Shown: positions 26,413-37,774 of the stretch, piece after piece | Layout of the letters: each line of letters starts with the position of its first letter | How positions within the stretch are numbered: the first letter of the stretch is position 1 | NCBI RefSeq assembly: GCF_006345805.1 | Contig: NC_042999.1 | Location: forward strand, 43,772,001 to 43,836,000 | Direction of reading: 5' to 3' | DNA from: Octopus sinensis | Lineage: Eukaryota | Length of the DNA stretch: 64,000 nucleotides | Position numbers and translations under genes: made by a program | The notes under the pieces: model-generated | Database searches by the model: none | The model's input: only the letters and a program-made list of their open reading frames with translations | Told to the model about the DNA's origin: nothing

Positions 26413-27020
26413 GTATGCATGTATGTATGAATGTATGTATGTATGTATGTATGTATACGCCCATACATAGGCACACGTGGAATATGTCGATGTGGGCGTG
26501 CACGCGCTCTCTGTAGAAAATCCATAATTTCGCAAGAAATATACTTACACAACTGGAAAAAAAAACCTATGAGCTTATTTCCCGTTACGGACACCAATAT
26601 ATCCATTTTAAAAACGGTAAATACGCAACGTCGTAACAGCGGAAAAAACATTGGCGACATGACAGTGTCAACCCCAACAGAAAAGCAAAACAAACTGACC
26701 GACATATTAAGAAAATATCCGTAAAAGATATCGATTTAGAGACGTGCTCAAAATACGTAAAGTAATAATATGAAAAATGCATTTTTTTAAACGCATCAAA
26801 TATGTGCGTGTATGTGTGAGCGTGTTTTTGTCTGCCTGTTTATATATGTACAGCAATTGACTCGTACAATGGTGCACTCGTATTGCGAGGTTCTACTGTA
26901 TATATATATATATATACCGGAGTAAACACATAAATGTGAAACAAGGTGGAAAAAAGAGTACTCAAATACCAGTGGTAGAGTAATATGCTTTATTTAAAGC
27001 AGCAGAAAATTCAACAAAAT

Positions 27021-27058
27021 CTGTTACTCTGAGTTTCTCGTTGCCGTTCATCAGACAG
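27021..27058 (-). ncRNA. Type I hammerhead ribozyme motif, canonical core
   Basis: CUGU-CUGAUGA-ACG gcaa CGA-GAA-ACUC a GAGU-A/ACAG: stem I CUGU/ACAG, GNRA-capped stem II, stem III ACUC/GAGU, GUA cleavage triplet. Confidence 0.68.
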
Positions 27059-27074
27059 TTTTTGCTAGAAAAAA

Positions 27075-27112
27075 CTGTCTGATGAACGGCAACGAGAAAC
27101 TCAAAGTAACAG
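27075..27112 (+). ncRNA. Type I hammerhead ribozyme motif, canonical core, stem III variant
   Basis: CTGT-CTGATGA-ACGGCAACGA-GAAACTCAAAGTA-ACAG; one G>A change in stem III relative to the minus copy. Confidence 0.6.
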
Positions 27113-27144
27113 ATTTTGTTGAATTTTCTGCTGCTTTAAATAAA

Positions 27145-27212
<68 letters not shown>

Positions 27213-27254
27213 CTTAGATACGTACATACATACACACATATGTGTGTATTTCTG

Positions 27255-27530
27255 AAGGCGCATGGCTCAGTGGTTAGAGCATCAGGCTCACAATCGTGAG
27301 GTTGTGAGCTCGATGCCCGGATCGGATTATATATTGTGTTCTTGAGCAAGACACTTTATTTTCACGTTGCTTCAGCTTACTCAGCTGCCAAGCTGTATCA
27401 GCCTTTGTCTTTCCCTTGGACAACATCTGTGCCGTGTTCTACAACCAACATTGCTCGGACTTGTGCCTTAGAGGGAAACTGTCTAGGTTCAATTCTATGG
27501 TTATTCGTGAGCAAAGGGGTTCTTATATAA
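27255..27530 (+). mobile_element. SINE with group C-like head and CORE-like centre, different tail
   Basis: GAAGGCGCATGGCTCAGTGGTTAGAGC...TTGTGTTCTTGAGCAAGACACTTTATTTTCACGTTGC. Confidence 0.72.
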
Positions 27531-27851
27531 ATGTATGTATTCTTCCTAGGACCTGTTACAGAACTGGTAGTTTATAACATCAAACCTAAAAGGATGAAAG
27601 GTAAACTAGACTTCGGCTGGACTTGAACTCAGAGAGCATAGAGCCGAAGCGATTGCTGCAATGCAATATATCTGGCACTGTAACGATTCTATCAAATGGT
27701 TGCCTAATGATTCTACTCTTTTGTATGCGGCAAGGTAGACAAATACTGTGCTGATGACGCTTGTTGAAACAGAAACTCATGTTCATGGCTCGCCTCTTGC
27801 TTCCAGAAGAAAAAAAGGACATCGTTTTAGTTAGTGGCATACACACACACA

Positions 27852-27882
<31 letters not shown>

Positions 27883-28761
27883 TACACACACACATGCATA
27901 CATATATATATGAGCGTTGGTGTTATGTATGTTCATTAAAAGTACACAACCTGAAGCCAACAAAAGAGAAGACCATGTTAAAATCAAATCTTCTCAATCA
28001 AGGTTTGAAAGACAGCGATGTTTGTCGGCAGACATAAAATAATATTGATACACGGGTGACCCCCAAACAACAGCTACAGCTAATTATAAAGGAATGTGTT
28101 ACAACAGGTGAAGAATACCTGGCTCTCCAGATAGGTGCGTAAGAGAGAGTAGAGGGGGAGAACATGGACAGATGTGTGAATGCATGCGTATATAAGTGTA
28201 TGAGTGAGTTTGACTCTGTTAGTATTTATGGCCTTTTGTGTGGGTGAGTCAGATATTGTCATAGTGTTTATGTTCTATATATATATATATCAGTGAGTAG
28301 GTCACGTCGTGTGTGTGTGTGTGTGTGTGTATGATCTTTATGTAAGGTGGGCATATGTTGCTATGTCGTTGAGGGCGTTGGTGCAGCTTATGGTTACTGT
28401 TGTATTATGGCGTGTGACCCAACACGTCTATCTGCTTCTCTGTCGTCTCTGTCTATCTGTCTGTCTGTTTCAATGTCCGACCCTCTGGTTAACAGTCCGT
28501 CTTTTTATATCTATGTTACAGCCTCTTTTCCTCTTTCGACGCTACCCCGTCTTACTTGTCTCATAATATGTATGTCATCCACCCATTTATACGAATGTCT
28601 ATGTTATGTACATACACGGATATAAACGTATGTGGAAGAGTATGTGAATATATATATATATATATATATATAGTTCAAAGTTATAGAAAAACAAAGACGA
28701 AAACAGATGTAGGAACAACAAGCAAGTATATTAGTTTGATGCTCAGGAAGAATGGAAGAGT

Positions 28762-28797
28762 CTTTTACGTTTCGGGTTTACGCTCTTCGACAGAAAG
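28762..28797 (-). ncRNA. Minimal hammerhead-like motif, CUGUCGA core, damaged stem II
   Basis: CUUU-CUGUCGA-A-GAGCGUAAACCC-GAAACGUA-AAAG. Confidence 0.35.
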
Positions 28798-29005
28798 GAA
28801 TAAGAGAAAAAATGAGAGAGAATAAAAAATAAAAACATGCTGACTGAACTTCCCACTCTCTTGGACTTGTATATATTAACCACTTCCAGACCTTTCAACA
28901 CTTCTCCTTATCCACATACCACCACTCCACCCGGATTACCACTGAATCTTCGTACTTTTTTGGATTCTATCTTCACGGATCTCACTGGCTATTCTTTCTG
29001 TGTTC

Positions 29006-29041
29006 CTTTCTGTGGAAGAGCGTAGGCTCGAAACGTTAAAG
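29006..29041 (+). ncRNA. Minimal hammerhead-like motif, CUGUGGA core
   Basis: CTTT-CTGTGGA-A-GAGC gtag GCTC-GAAACGTT-AAAG. Confidence 0.45.
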
Positions 29042-29135
29042 ACTTTTTCACTTCCCGAGCGTTATACTAATACATCTGTTTACTGTCTACACTACCTGTC
29101 TTCGTCTTTTGTTTTTTTTTTGTAAATTTTCCCCC

Positions 29136-29187
<52 letters not shown>

Positions 29188-29344
29188 TTGTATTAATCGT
29201 CGCGCTCGCAATAGCATTGCTTAAAGTTTCACGTGTTTTCTCATTCATGTAAAAACATTAAGCAATGCGATTCCAAGTCAATCTCTTAAAATATATGTAT
29301 ATATGTGCATGAATGTACTGAAGAAGTTCAGATATCCTACATTA

Positions 29345-29880
29345 CGTCATATGGGAATTCCGGCACTCATGACGGACGAATTTCGTCTGTTATGATCTAT
29401 GTGTATGCTTTTATGCACCAAACGCCTATATGAGAGGATCTCTACAGGCTAATAACGCAGTATTCGGTGTACTAGCAAAACATACATGTTAAGTTGGATA
29501 TAAAGATCATCTTTTGGTATTAACATTGCTTCTGTCACTGATAATTAATGTCTAATAAGCCAGCTGGCTATTTACGACATCAGCTTCTAAAAAGATCTTT
29601 ATTCTATATATCATGGCAGCGAAATCTGATTGACATGCGGTGATCGGTGCTTCCCACTGACGAGGTCCAACAGAACGAAATCACGGGATATGGGAATTAC
29701 GGCGGGCATGACAAACGGAATTTCGTCTGCTGTGATCTATGTATGTGCTTTTATACACCAAGGGCCGGTCTAAAAGAGAGGATCTCTAAAGGCTAATAAC
29801 GCAGTATTCGCTGTTCTAGCAAGGCATCCATGTTAAGTTGTATATAAAGATTACCTTTTGGTATTAATACTGCCTCCGTA
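29345..29880. repeat. Diverged tandem duplication, about 340-bp period
   Basis: ATATGGGAATT...GAATTTCGTCTG...GAGAGGATCTCTA..GGCTAATAACGCAGTATTCG...CTTTTGGTATTAA occurs at about 29350 and about 29688. Confidence 0.85.
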
Positions 29881-29950
29881 GGTACTACTACTATTACCAC
29901 CACCACCACCACCACCACCACCACCACCACCACTACTACTACTACTACTA

Positions 29951-29982
<32 letters not shown>

Positions 29983-30689
29983 ATAATAATAATATTAATA
30001 TATCCGTAATAGTTCGCAAAAATCGTGAATTACAATATTTTTCCGCTTGCAACTTTATTGATGAAGCATGTCTCAAAATGCCAAGTACCTGTTGAAACAA
30101 AATCATTGGTTAAAACAGAATTTGGTCGTGTAAAATACTTAGCAAATAAATCTACAGATGCTGTTAGTGAGTAAAAATAAGCAACAGTTATTTGGAGTGT
30201 TGATTGATGTACGTTACATCTCCTAATGGAATCTAATTAAAACTAAAAGTGGGAACGTTGTAACATATATCGAATCAATATACGAATATCATCAAAAAGC
30301 TTGTAGTGGATCCGCCGGATTCTGATTTTTCTTACATCCGTCCATTTTGTTAGCTTTATTCCCCGCCCGCTTACGTTTTTTGTTTGTTTGTTCTCGAAAC
30401 AAATATTTATTAAATTAAAGCAAAATCCATAATACTTCCTTTGTTTTTTGCAATCCTTGGCTTGATGTGGTTTTTACTGCAAGAAACATGTATTTGCCGA
30501 ACGTGCCGGGAATCTTGTCGAGTTAATATTCGCCACACAATTGAATTGATTTCAGAAACAATATGCTTCTGTAAGGCGACATCTTAGGACAGAGATAAAG
30601 TCACATTGCATTTCAAGGTGAGAAAGAAACAAATGCTTCTTTAGTCTAATTTGATATATTTAATCAAAATATTATTTCCCCTTGTTATT

Positions 30690-31655
30690 TATTATATAAT
30701 CCCATCTGCTTGACAAATCGTTAATCCCTCGGGCGTAAAATTCTTCAGGTTTCAAAGCAAAAGGCATTCTTAGTATCATTTAAACCTCTTCTCTATAAAT
30801 TGATAAATTGTTTTACCTTCTAAATAATGATACAAAGATCTAAAAAGATGATAGTTGATGGAGCAAGGTCAGGAGAATAAGAAGGATAAGGTAAAACTTT
30901 AGAGGCATAATCCTTTCCTGACTCGGGTAATGTATGGTTTTGCATTATCGCGTAAGGACAACACCCCTTTTCGATTGACCAATGATGGGTGCTTTTTCTG
31001 AAAATTTTCGTGCAATGCTTCCAGTTGACAATACTTCTCTGCATTAACTGTTTCATTTTGGCTTAACAATTGATGATAGACAACACCCTTCATATCTCAC
31101 CAAACATACGGCATAACCTTTTTCGGACCGTGTTCTCCTGGTTGGGGAATTGATTCTTCGTTTTCGTTCGATGCTAAACATTGTGGTTTTCGTTGGATAT
31201 GATATAGAGAATCCACTTTTCATCACTTGTGGTGATTCTACCCAGGAAAGGTTTCATATCATGCCTACTTTTCAATGACGAGCGGTAAACAAATCCTTGA
31301 TTAAACTGAGAAGTAGTCAGATAGTCAGATGATCAGGGAGCCACTTAACACGTTTAAACATCTTCCTTTGATCACCAAAGTGACTTGAATTGAACTGTTT
31401 CGCTAATTCGTACGCAGTTTGCTTTGGATTTTCCCATTCTATGGTTTTCCGGAGTTCAATATTGACAACTTGGTCGTCCAGATCGAAAGGAATTTGTGAG
31501 AGAAAATTTTCCGAGTGAAATTGGTCAAGCCATTGTTGGCATGTCCAGACACTTAAAACTTCATTTCCATGAACAGGACGAATATGTCTTGCCGCTTCCA
31601 TTGCTAAAGAACTCCTAGCATGCAAGTGTCTGAAATGGGTCTGACCTAAACTCAT
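30690..31655 (-). pseudogene. Decayed mariner transposase
   Basis: HFRHL...EAARHI..V.G...S..TCQQW N-terminus; KGVVYHQLL..NETVNAEKYCQ; NRKGVLSLRDNAKPY; PSYSPDLAPS; many frameshifts. Confidence 0.9.
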
Positions 31656-31744
31656 TTTAGAAGGGTAAAATCTACGAATTTAATCTACAAAGAAAAAGAA
31701 AGATAGAAAAAACAATAGAAATATAAATAAATACTTATTTTACC

Positions 31745-31945
31745 CTTAATGTTGGTTTCAAATTTCGGGAGTGAGGGTAAGTTGATTACATCAACCCTAG
31801 CGCTCAACTGGCACTTATTTTATCCATCCCGAAAGGATGAAAAGCAAAGTCGGCCGCGGCGAAATTTGAACTCAGAATGTAAAGACGGAAGAAATACCGT
31901 TAAGCATTTTACCCGGCATGCTAACGATTCTGCCAGCTCGCCTCC
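31745..31945 (-). mobile_element. SINE group D (short-tail)
   Basis: Reverse complement of the GGCGAGCTGGCAGAATCGTTAGC head and body. Confidence 0.82.
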
Positions 31946-32568
31946 TTTTTTGCCCTAAATATTGAAAACGTCCCCTTTAAGTGATCATGTCAAAAATTGG
32001 ACAAGACTTTCTTTCCAACCTAGTATGTTGGTTAAGTCAACGTATGAATTAATACATCGTTTTATGAAAGTCAAAAAACCCAATGAGTCTTCGGACGATA
32101 GAAGTTCACCAGCCTTCCATACACACACTTTGTACTCATTCCTTGCACTTAACTACATTCACTGCTATTTCTAGTGGTTTCTTCGTGTATTATTTTTCGG
32201 TTGGGATGGAGACAGTCTTCGTAGAATAGACTACGTTGTATACAGCCATACCTGATCATGAAAAGTGCTCGAGTATGCTGTGGAATATCACCAACAATAT
32301 GAGGTGGAATTTGATATGATTCTGCTCAGAGTATGAGCGTAATATGCTGCAAGTAAATTCACGTGGACAAAAACAGAGTACTCAAAGTCAATATAGAGTG
32401 ATATATGTGTGCGTGTGCACGCATAATAATATAAAGATACATACGCATGCACACACATATTTAACATACATGTATGCACACACATACACACACATCGTTG
32501 CTATAATTGAAAACCTATTCAATCTTCGGATAACGTATGACCAAGGGCCTTTCATAAGGGACTCTCTG

Positions 32569-33011
32569 GGATCTTTTCGGTTTGAATGGCAGTTTTTTAA
32601 AATAATTTCCACGTAACTAAAGACTTTTAAACTTCGTATACTGGTAGAATGTGTTTATAAAACATCTTTTTCTCTTGGATTTATTGAGAAAATTCTATAG
32701 TTTGTAAGATATTTGTTGTTTTTTTCTTCTGCAATTTCTGCAATTTCAAACAATCAATGACGTCTATTGAGGTAAAAAAAAAAAAAACATTCTGTGCCGT
32801 ATGAATATGTCTCTCGTTTAAAAAACAGATTGGGTTTATTTACATTTGTGAAGAAAAAAAGATACCCTTACCCCCACCCCTTACCCTGACCCTAACTAAC
32901 CCTAGCCCTAAAATAGATTGACATGCAATAGGTCGATACTAGGGTCATAATTATGGGTGACAATTTCATATGACACCGCTAGAAAAACTGCCGTTCAAAC
33001 CGAAAAGATCC
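32569..33011. mobile_element. MITE, GGATC-terminal family (asymmetric form), 8-bp TSD
   Basis: TSD ACTCTCTG at 32561-32568 and 33012-33019; TIR of about 28 bp. Confidence 0.93.
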
Positions 33012-33411
33012 ACTCTCTGACAACAACAACGCCATAAGGGACCAACGAAGTCTCTTCGTGATCGCGCGATTTTTATTAGAAATAGCAGCTAAATCCCCTA
33101 AGTTACATTGTACTGTTTTTTAAAAAAATAACGCCACATTTGCCTGTATCAATGTACAAAACATAGAATGAATGGCAACCACTGAAACACTTTTGAAGTG
33201 TTGGTTGTTAGCTTAGGGCTAAACTGCACCAACCACCACCACCATCACGACTACCACCACTACTATTACTACTAGCAAACGAGGGTTCTTCTACATGGTT
33301 GTATGAACTGCAAGAAATAGCTGCAACAGCTCCTTGGTGTTTTAAATAGACACGCTGGATAATGCAAAGCAGGATCCCCTTCACATAGGAAAGACTAGAC
33401 GGTAATGGTTG

Positions 33412-33826
33412 ATGGCGAGCTGGCAGAAACGTTAGCACGCCGGGCGAAATGCTTAGCGGTATTTCGTCTGCCGCTACGTTCTGAGTTCAAATTCCGCCGA
33501 GGTCGACTTTGCCTTTCATCCTTTCGGGGTCAATTAAATAAGTACCAGTTACCCACTGGGGTCAATATAATCAACTTAATCCGTTTGTCTGTCCTTGTTT
33601 GTCCCCTCTGTGTTTAGCCCCTTGTGGGCAGTAAAGAAATAGGTATTTCGTCTGCCGCTACGTTCTGAGTTCAAATTCCGCCGAGGTCGACTTTGCCTTT
33701 CATCCTTTCGGGGTCGATTAAATAAGTACCAGTTCCGCACTGGGGGTCGATATAATCGACTTAATCCCTTTGTCTGTCCTTGTTTGTCCTCTCTGTGTTT
33801 AGCCCCTTGTGGGTAGTAAAGAAAAA
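33412..33826 (+). mobile_element. SINE D long-tail dimer with TSD
   Basis: One head and two bodies; TSD GGTAATGGTTG at 33401-33411 and 33827-33837. Confidence 0.9.
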
Positions 33827-34017
33827 GGTAATGGTTGGTGTGCATTTGATCGTAGGAATGAAAGCAACAACCATTTGTACTTTCACCACCACTACCATCA
33901 CCACCATCACTACCACTATTACTACTTCGATTTCATCTTGAAGTTTGGTTTTAGTTTTGTTACTTTGATGTTTTTTAAATTATCTTTTCAAACAGCAACA
34001 AGCAGCCGCAGTAATGA

Positions 34018-34048
<31 letters not shown>

Positions 34049-34564
34049 TGTAGTGGCAACAGCAGTAGTAGTTATAGCAGCACAAACTGCAGTCACGTTT
34101 AGGACCTTCAAATGGAACCCAGTGTTAGATATTTTTACACGTGACACACATCCTTTCCCATTATTGACCGCTTAACCTCAATACATGCAACAGCAGCCGT
34201 ACCAGTCATAGTAAGTAATAAGACTTACCATGCATTCACTCAATGTTTTTGCATGTGTCTTTCCAACGTTTTCGTCACAGTTACTGCTTACTGTTTCACT
34301 GCCGCAGCTGCCATTACTACAGCGACGACGCCGACGTCTGACTTTGACAACCATCACCACCGCCGTTATCAATATCACCACCGCCATCATTTCCTTCCAT
34401 AGCTACTGTTTTCTTTTCTTTTCTTACCTTGACTTTGACTTTGACGTTGCATTTGAGTTTGGTGAATTGGTTGTTTGGACAGTCGTCCGTCGGAGAGGAA
34501 ATGAACTGATTAACCATGACAATTGATTATCAACAAGGCAGCAACAGCGACATCGACAGCAACG

Positions 34565-34710
34565 GTGGAGGCGCAATGGCCCAGTGGTTAGGGCAGCGGA
34601 CTAGTGGTCGTAAGAACGCGGTTTCGATTCCCAGACCGGGCATTGTGAGTGTTTATTGAACAAAAGCACCTAAGCTCCACGAGGCTCCGGTGTGGGTGGG
34701 AGGTAACCCC
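34565..34710 (+). mobile_element. SINE group A, 3'-truncated
   Basis: Intact A- and B-box-like head, ends at GGAGGTAACCCC. Confidence 0.85.
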
Positions 34711-34829
34711 ATCTTTTGCCAGTTAAACACATGCGCTATTCATTTGATCTTCACATTAGCTTTAGTATTGTTTGTTTGTCGTGATATTTCAATAACTGTC
34801 TATTATAAAACTTAACAACAGCAACCATA

Positions 34830-35280
34830 GTGAAGGCGCAATTGCCCAGTGGTTAGGGCAGCGGACTCGCGGTCGTAAAAACGCGGTGAGTGTTTATTGA
34901 GCAAAAACAACTAAGCTCCACGAGGCTCCGGTGTGGGTGGGAGGTAACTCCACTGTACTCTTTCACCACAACTTCCTCTCATTCTTTCTTCCTACTTCTG
35001 TCACAAAGCAGAGGAATCATGGTGTAACCCACTATGGTGTGGTAAACTTTCAGACCCTAGTCTAGATTGCGAATCCACTGTACCCTGGGATGGTTCAGCT
35101 CTCCACCCCGTTAAAAGCCACCGTTTACAGAACGAGGATAACAACGTAGCTTTGGCGCCCGTGCAACCGCCAGTCTATCGCGTGTGGTGGGTGGATCTTC
35201 AAGTTGCCACGCGCATTCTTAATAGCTTAGAGTAGGCTCGAATTAAACATTATTCTTTGTGGCTAATGGCAGAAGAAGAA
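34830..35280 (+). mobile_element. SINE group A, tail type 1, B-box deleted
   Basis: ACGCGG joined directly to TGAGTG, losing the TTTCGATTCCCAGACCGGGCATTG segment; ends in (AGA)n(ACA)n. Confidence 0.88.
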
Positions 35281-35603
35281 GAAGACGACAACAACAACAA
35301 CAATACACATGCAGCGAAGACCTATGTTTGGTCGTTAGAGTTGCCAGAAATGGAAGCTATCAAATCTTCCACACATTATTCACCCTATTATGTTAAGAAG
35401 AAGGATAAAAACGTGTGAAATAATGTAGTGCGACAGCTTTAAAAGAAACCTGACGGCCACCGCTGGAATGCTTTTGATCGTGAGTGCCTGCTTCAAAAGA
35501 GTTAATAGGAGACTAAACAACTACGACGATGACGACTACTATATACTACTACTATTACTACTACTACTACAATTACCGCCACGGTTGCTATGGTTGCTAT
35601 TGT

Positions 35604-36710
35604 CTTCCGTAAACGGTGGCTTTGGATCTTTTCCTTTTGAACGGCAAATGTCAACACAATTTCTAGTTAACTAAACACTTTTAAACTTCGTATACTGGTA
35701 GAATGTGTTTATAAAACATCATTTTTTCTTGGTTTTATTGAGAAAATTCTATTGTTTGTAATATATTTCCACTATAAAATCGAGCATTTTGGCAATTTTA
35801 ACCAATCAAATACGTCCATTTGGAGTGAAAACATACCGTGCTGTATGAATATGCCCCTCGTTTAAGAAACAGATTGGGTTTATTTACATTTGCGAAGAAA
35901 AAAAGATACCCTTCCCCCAACCCTAACCCTAACCCTAATCCTAAAATAGATTGAAATGCAATAGATCGATACCAGGGCCATAATTATGGGTGACAATTTC
36001 ATGCGACACCGCAAAATGGGATTTTTTTCTAGCGGTGTCAAATGAAAATGTCACCCATAATTATGGCCCTGGTATCGATCTATTGCATTTCAATTTATTT
36101 TAGGATTAGGGTTAGGAGTGGGGGAAGGGTATCTTTTTTTCTTCGCAAATGTAAATAAACCCAATCTGTTTCTTAAACGAGGGGCATATTCATACAGCAC
36201 GGAATCTTTTCACCCCAAATGTAGGTGAGCGATTGGTTAAAATTGCCAAAATGCTCGATTTTAAAGTGGAAATATGTTATAACATATAGAATTTTCTCAA
36301 TGAAGCCAAGAAAAAATGATGTTTTATAAACACATTCTACCAGTATACGAAGTTTAAAAGTGTTTAGTTAACTAGAAATTATGTTGACATCTGAGGTTCA
36401 AAAGGAAAAGATCCGTGGCTTTTACTGGGTGGAGAGCTGAACCATCCTGGGGTACAGTGGATTCGCAATCTAGACTAGGGTCTGAAAGTTTACCACACCA
36501 TAGTGGGTTACACCATGGTTCCTCTGTTTTGTGACAGAAGTAGGAAGAAAGAGTGAGAGAAAGTTGTGGTGAAAAGGTACAGCGGGGTTCATCCCCCCTC
36601 CCTCGCCGGAGCCTCGTGGAGCTTAGGTGTTTTTGCTCAATAAACACTCACCGCGTTCTTACGACCGCGAGTCCGCTGCCCTAACCACTGGGCCATTGCG
36701 CCTTCACTAT
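35604..36710 (-). mobile_element. SINE group A (same B-box deletion) interrupted by a MITE
   Basis: SINE sequence resumes on both sides of the TSD GTGGCTTT. Confidence 0.85.
35624..36414. mobile_element. MITE, GGATC family, fold-back form, 8-bp TSD
   Basis: TSD GTGGCTTT at 35616-35623 and 36415-36422; two long arms of about 385 bp in inverted orientation. Confidence 0.93.
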
Positions 36711-37289
36711 AGTTGCTGTTGTCAAGTTTTATAATAGACAGTTATTGAAATATCACGACAAACAAGCAATACTAAAGCTAATGTGAATATCAAATGAATA
36801 GCGCATGTGTTTAACTGGCAAAAGATGACCGTCCCCGATGCTTTAGTTTCTATGCAAAGACAGACAATTACCAGGTTTATCAGATTTCTGAATCGAATGG
36901 AATTGATGTTATTTTATAATCTGTCACGACTACTACCACTATATATATATATGTGTGTGTGTTTATGTGTGTAAAGAAGGTATCAAGGTATGGTTAGAAA
37001 AGAAAAAAGTGTGACCAAAGCATCCAAGTGACCTACTTCACGAAAATTCACAGCTTGTATGATATCAGTTTAGTGTTCACAGGTCTGAAAACACCAAAAT
37101 GCCAGCAAGGAGACTAGCCACTGGATGTCAGTATTAACAAACCCTTTAATAAATAACTTGAGGAAGCAGTGAGATACATGGATAAGGGGGAAACATGACA
37201 TGACACCGACCGGAAGGACGAAACGCTATCAGTATCTGATGTGTGTGAACGGAAGCTGATGGTCTGGTTTTAATAGTGAAGTATCTCTC

Positions 37290-37515
37290 TTTACTCTTTT
37301 TCTCTTTTACTTGTTTCAGTCATTTGACTGCGGCCATGCTGGAGCACCGCCTTTAATCGAGCAACTCGACCCCGGGACTTATTCTTTTGTAAGCCCAGTA
37401 CTTATTCTATCGGTCTCTTTTGCCGAACCGCTAAGTAACGGGGACATAAATAAACCAGCATCGGTTGTCAAACAATGCTACGGGGACAAACACAGATACA
37501 CAAACACACACACGC

Positions 37516-37548
<33 letters not shown>

Positions 37549-37715
37549 TACGACGGGCTTCTTTCAGTTTCCGTCTACCAAATCCACTCACAAGGCTTTG
37601 GTCGGCCCGAGGCTATAGTAGAAGACACTTGCCCAAGGTGCCATGCAGTGGGACTGAACCCGGAACCATGTGGTTGGTAAAGAAGCTACTTACCACACAG
37701 CCACTCCTGCGCCTA
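37290..37715 (-). mobile_element. SINE group B, near full length
   Basis: Homologous to 19010-19410 and 53272-53690. Confidence 0.92.
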
Positions 37716-37774
37716 TCGTTAAGTCTTTTTTTAAAAAAATCCTTTCTGTTGTAGGTACAAGGCCTGAAATTTTG

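Larger units (their letters stand above)
26915..27150. mobile_element. Penelope-like inverted terminus between (TA)n tracts
   Basis: Arms 26983-27063 and 27069-27150 with a 5-nt spacer GCTAG and two mismatches; each arm carries a hammerhead core. Confidence 0.65.
28680..29135. mobile_element. Inverted pair of Penelope-like termini between (TA)n tracts
   Basis: Minus copy about 28680-28830 and plus copy about 28850-29135 share the GAAACGT...AAAGAC...GAGC..ACTAATA motif; (TA)n on both sides. Confidence 0.62.

Noticed and set aside
32252-32346. In-frame TGA in a candidate exon as possible selenocysteine
   Set aside because: No selenoprotein motif or SECIS evidence, and the exon itself is unverified.
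35915-35945. (TAACCC)n as an interstitial telomere or fusion scar
   Set aside because: Short, part of a MITE consensus present in four copies, and not in fusion orientation.
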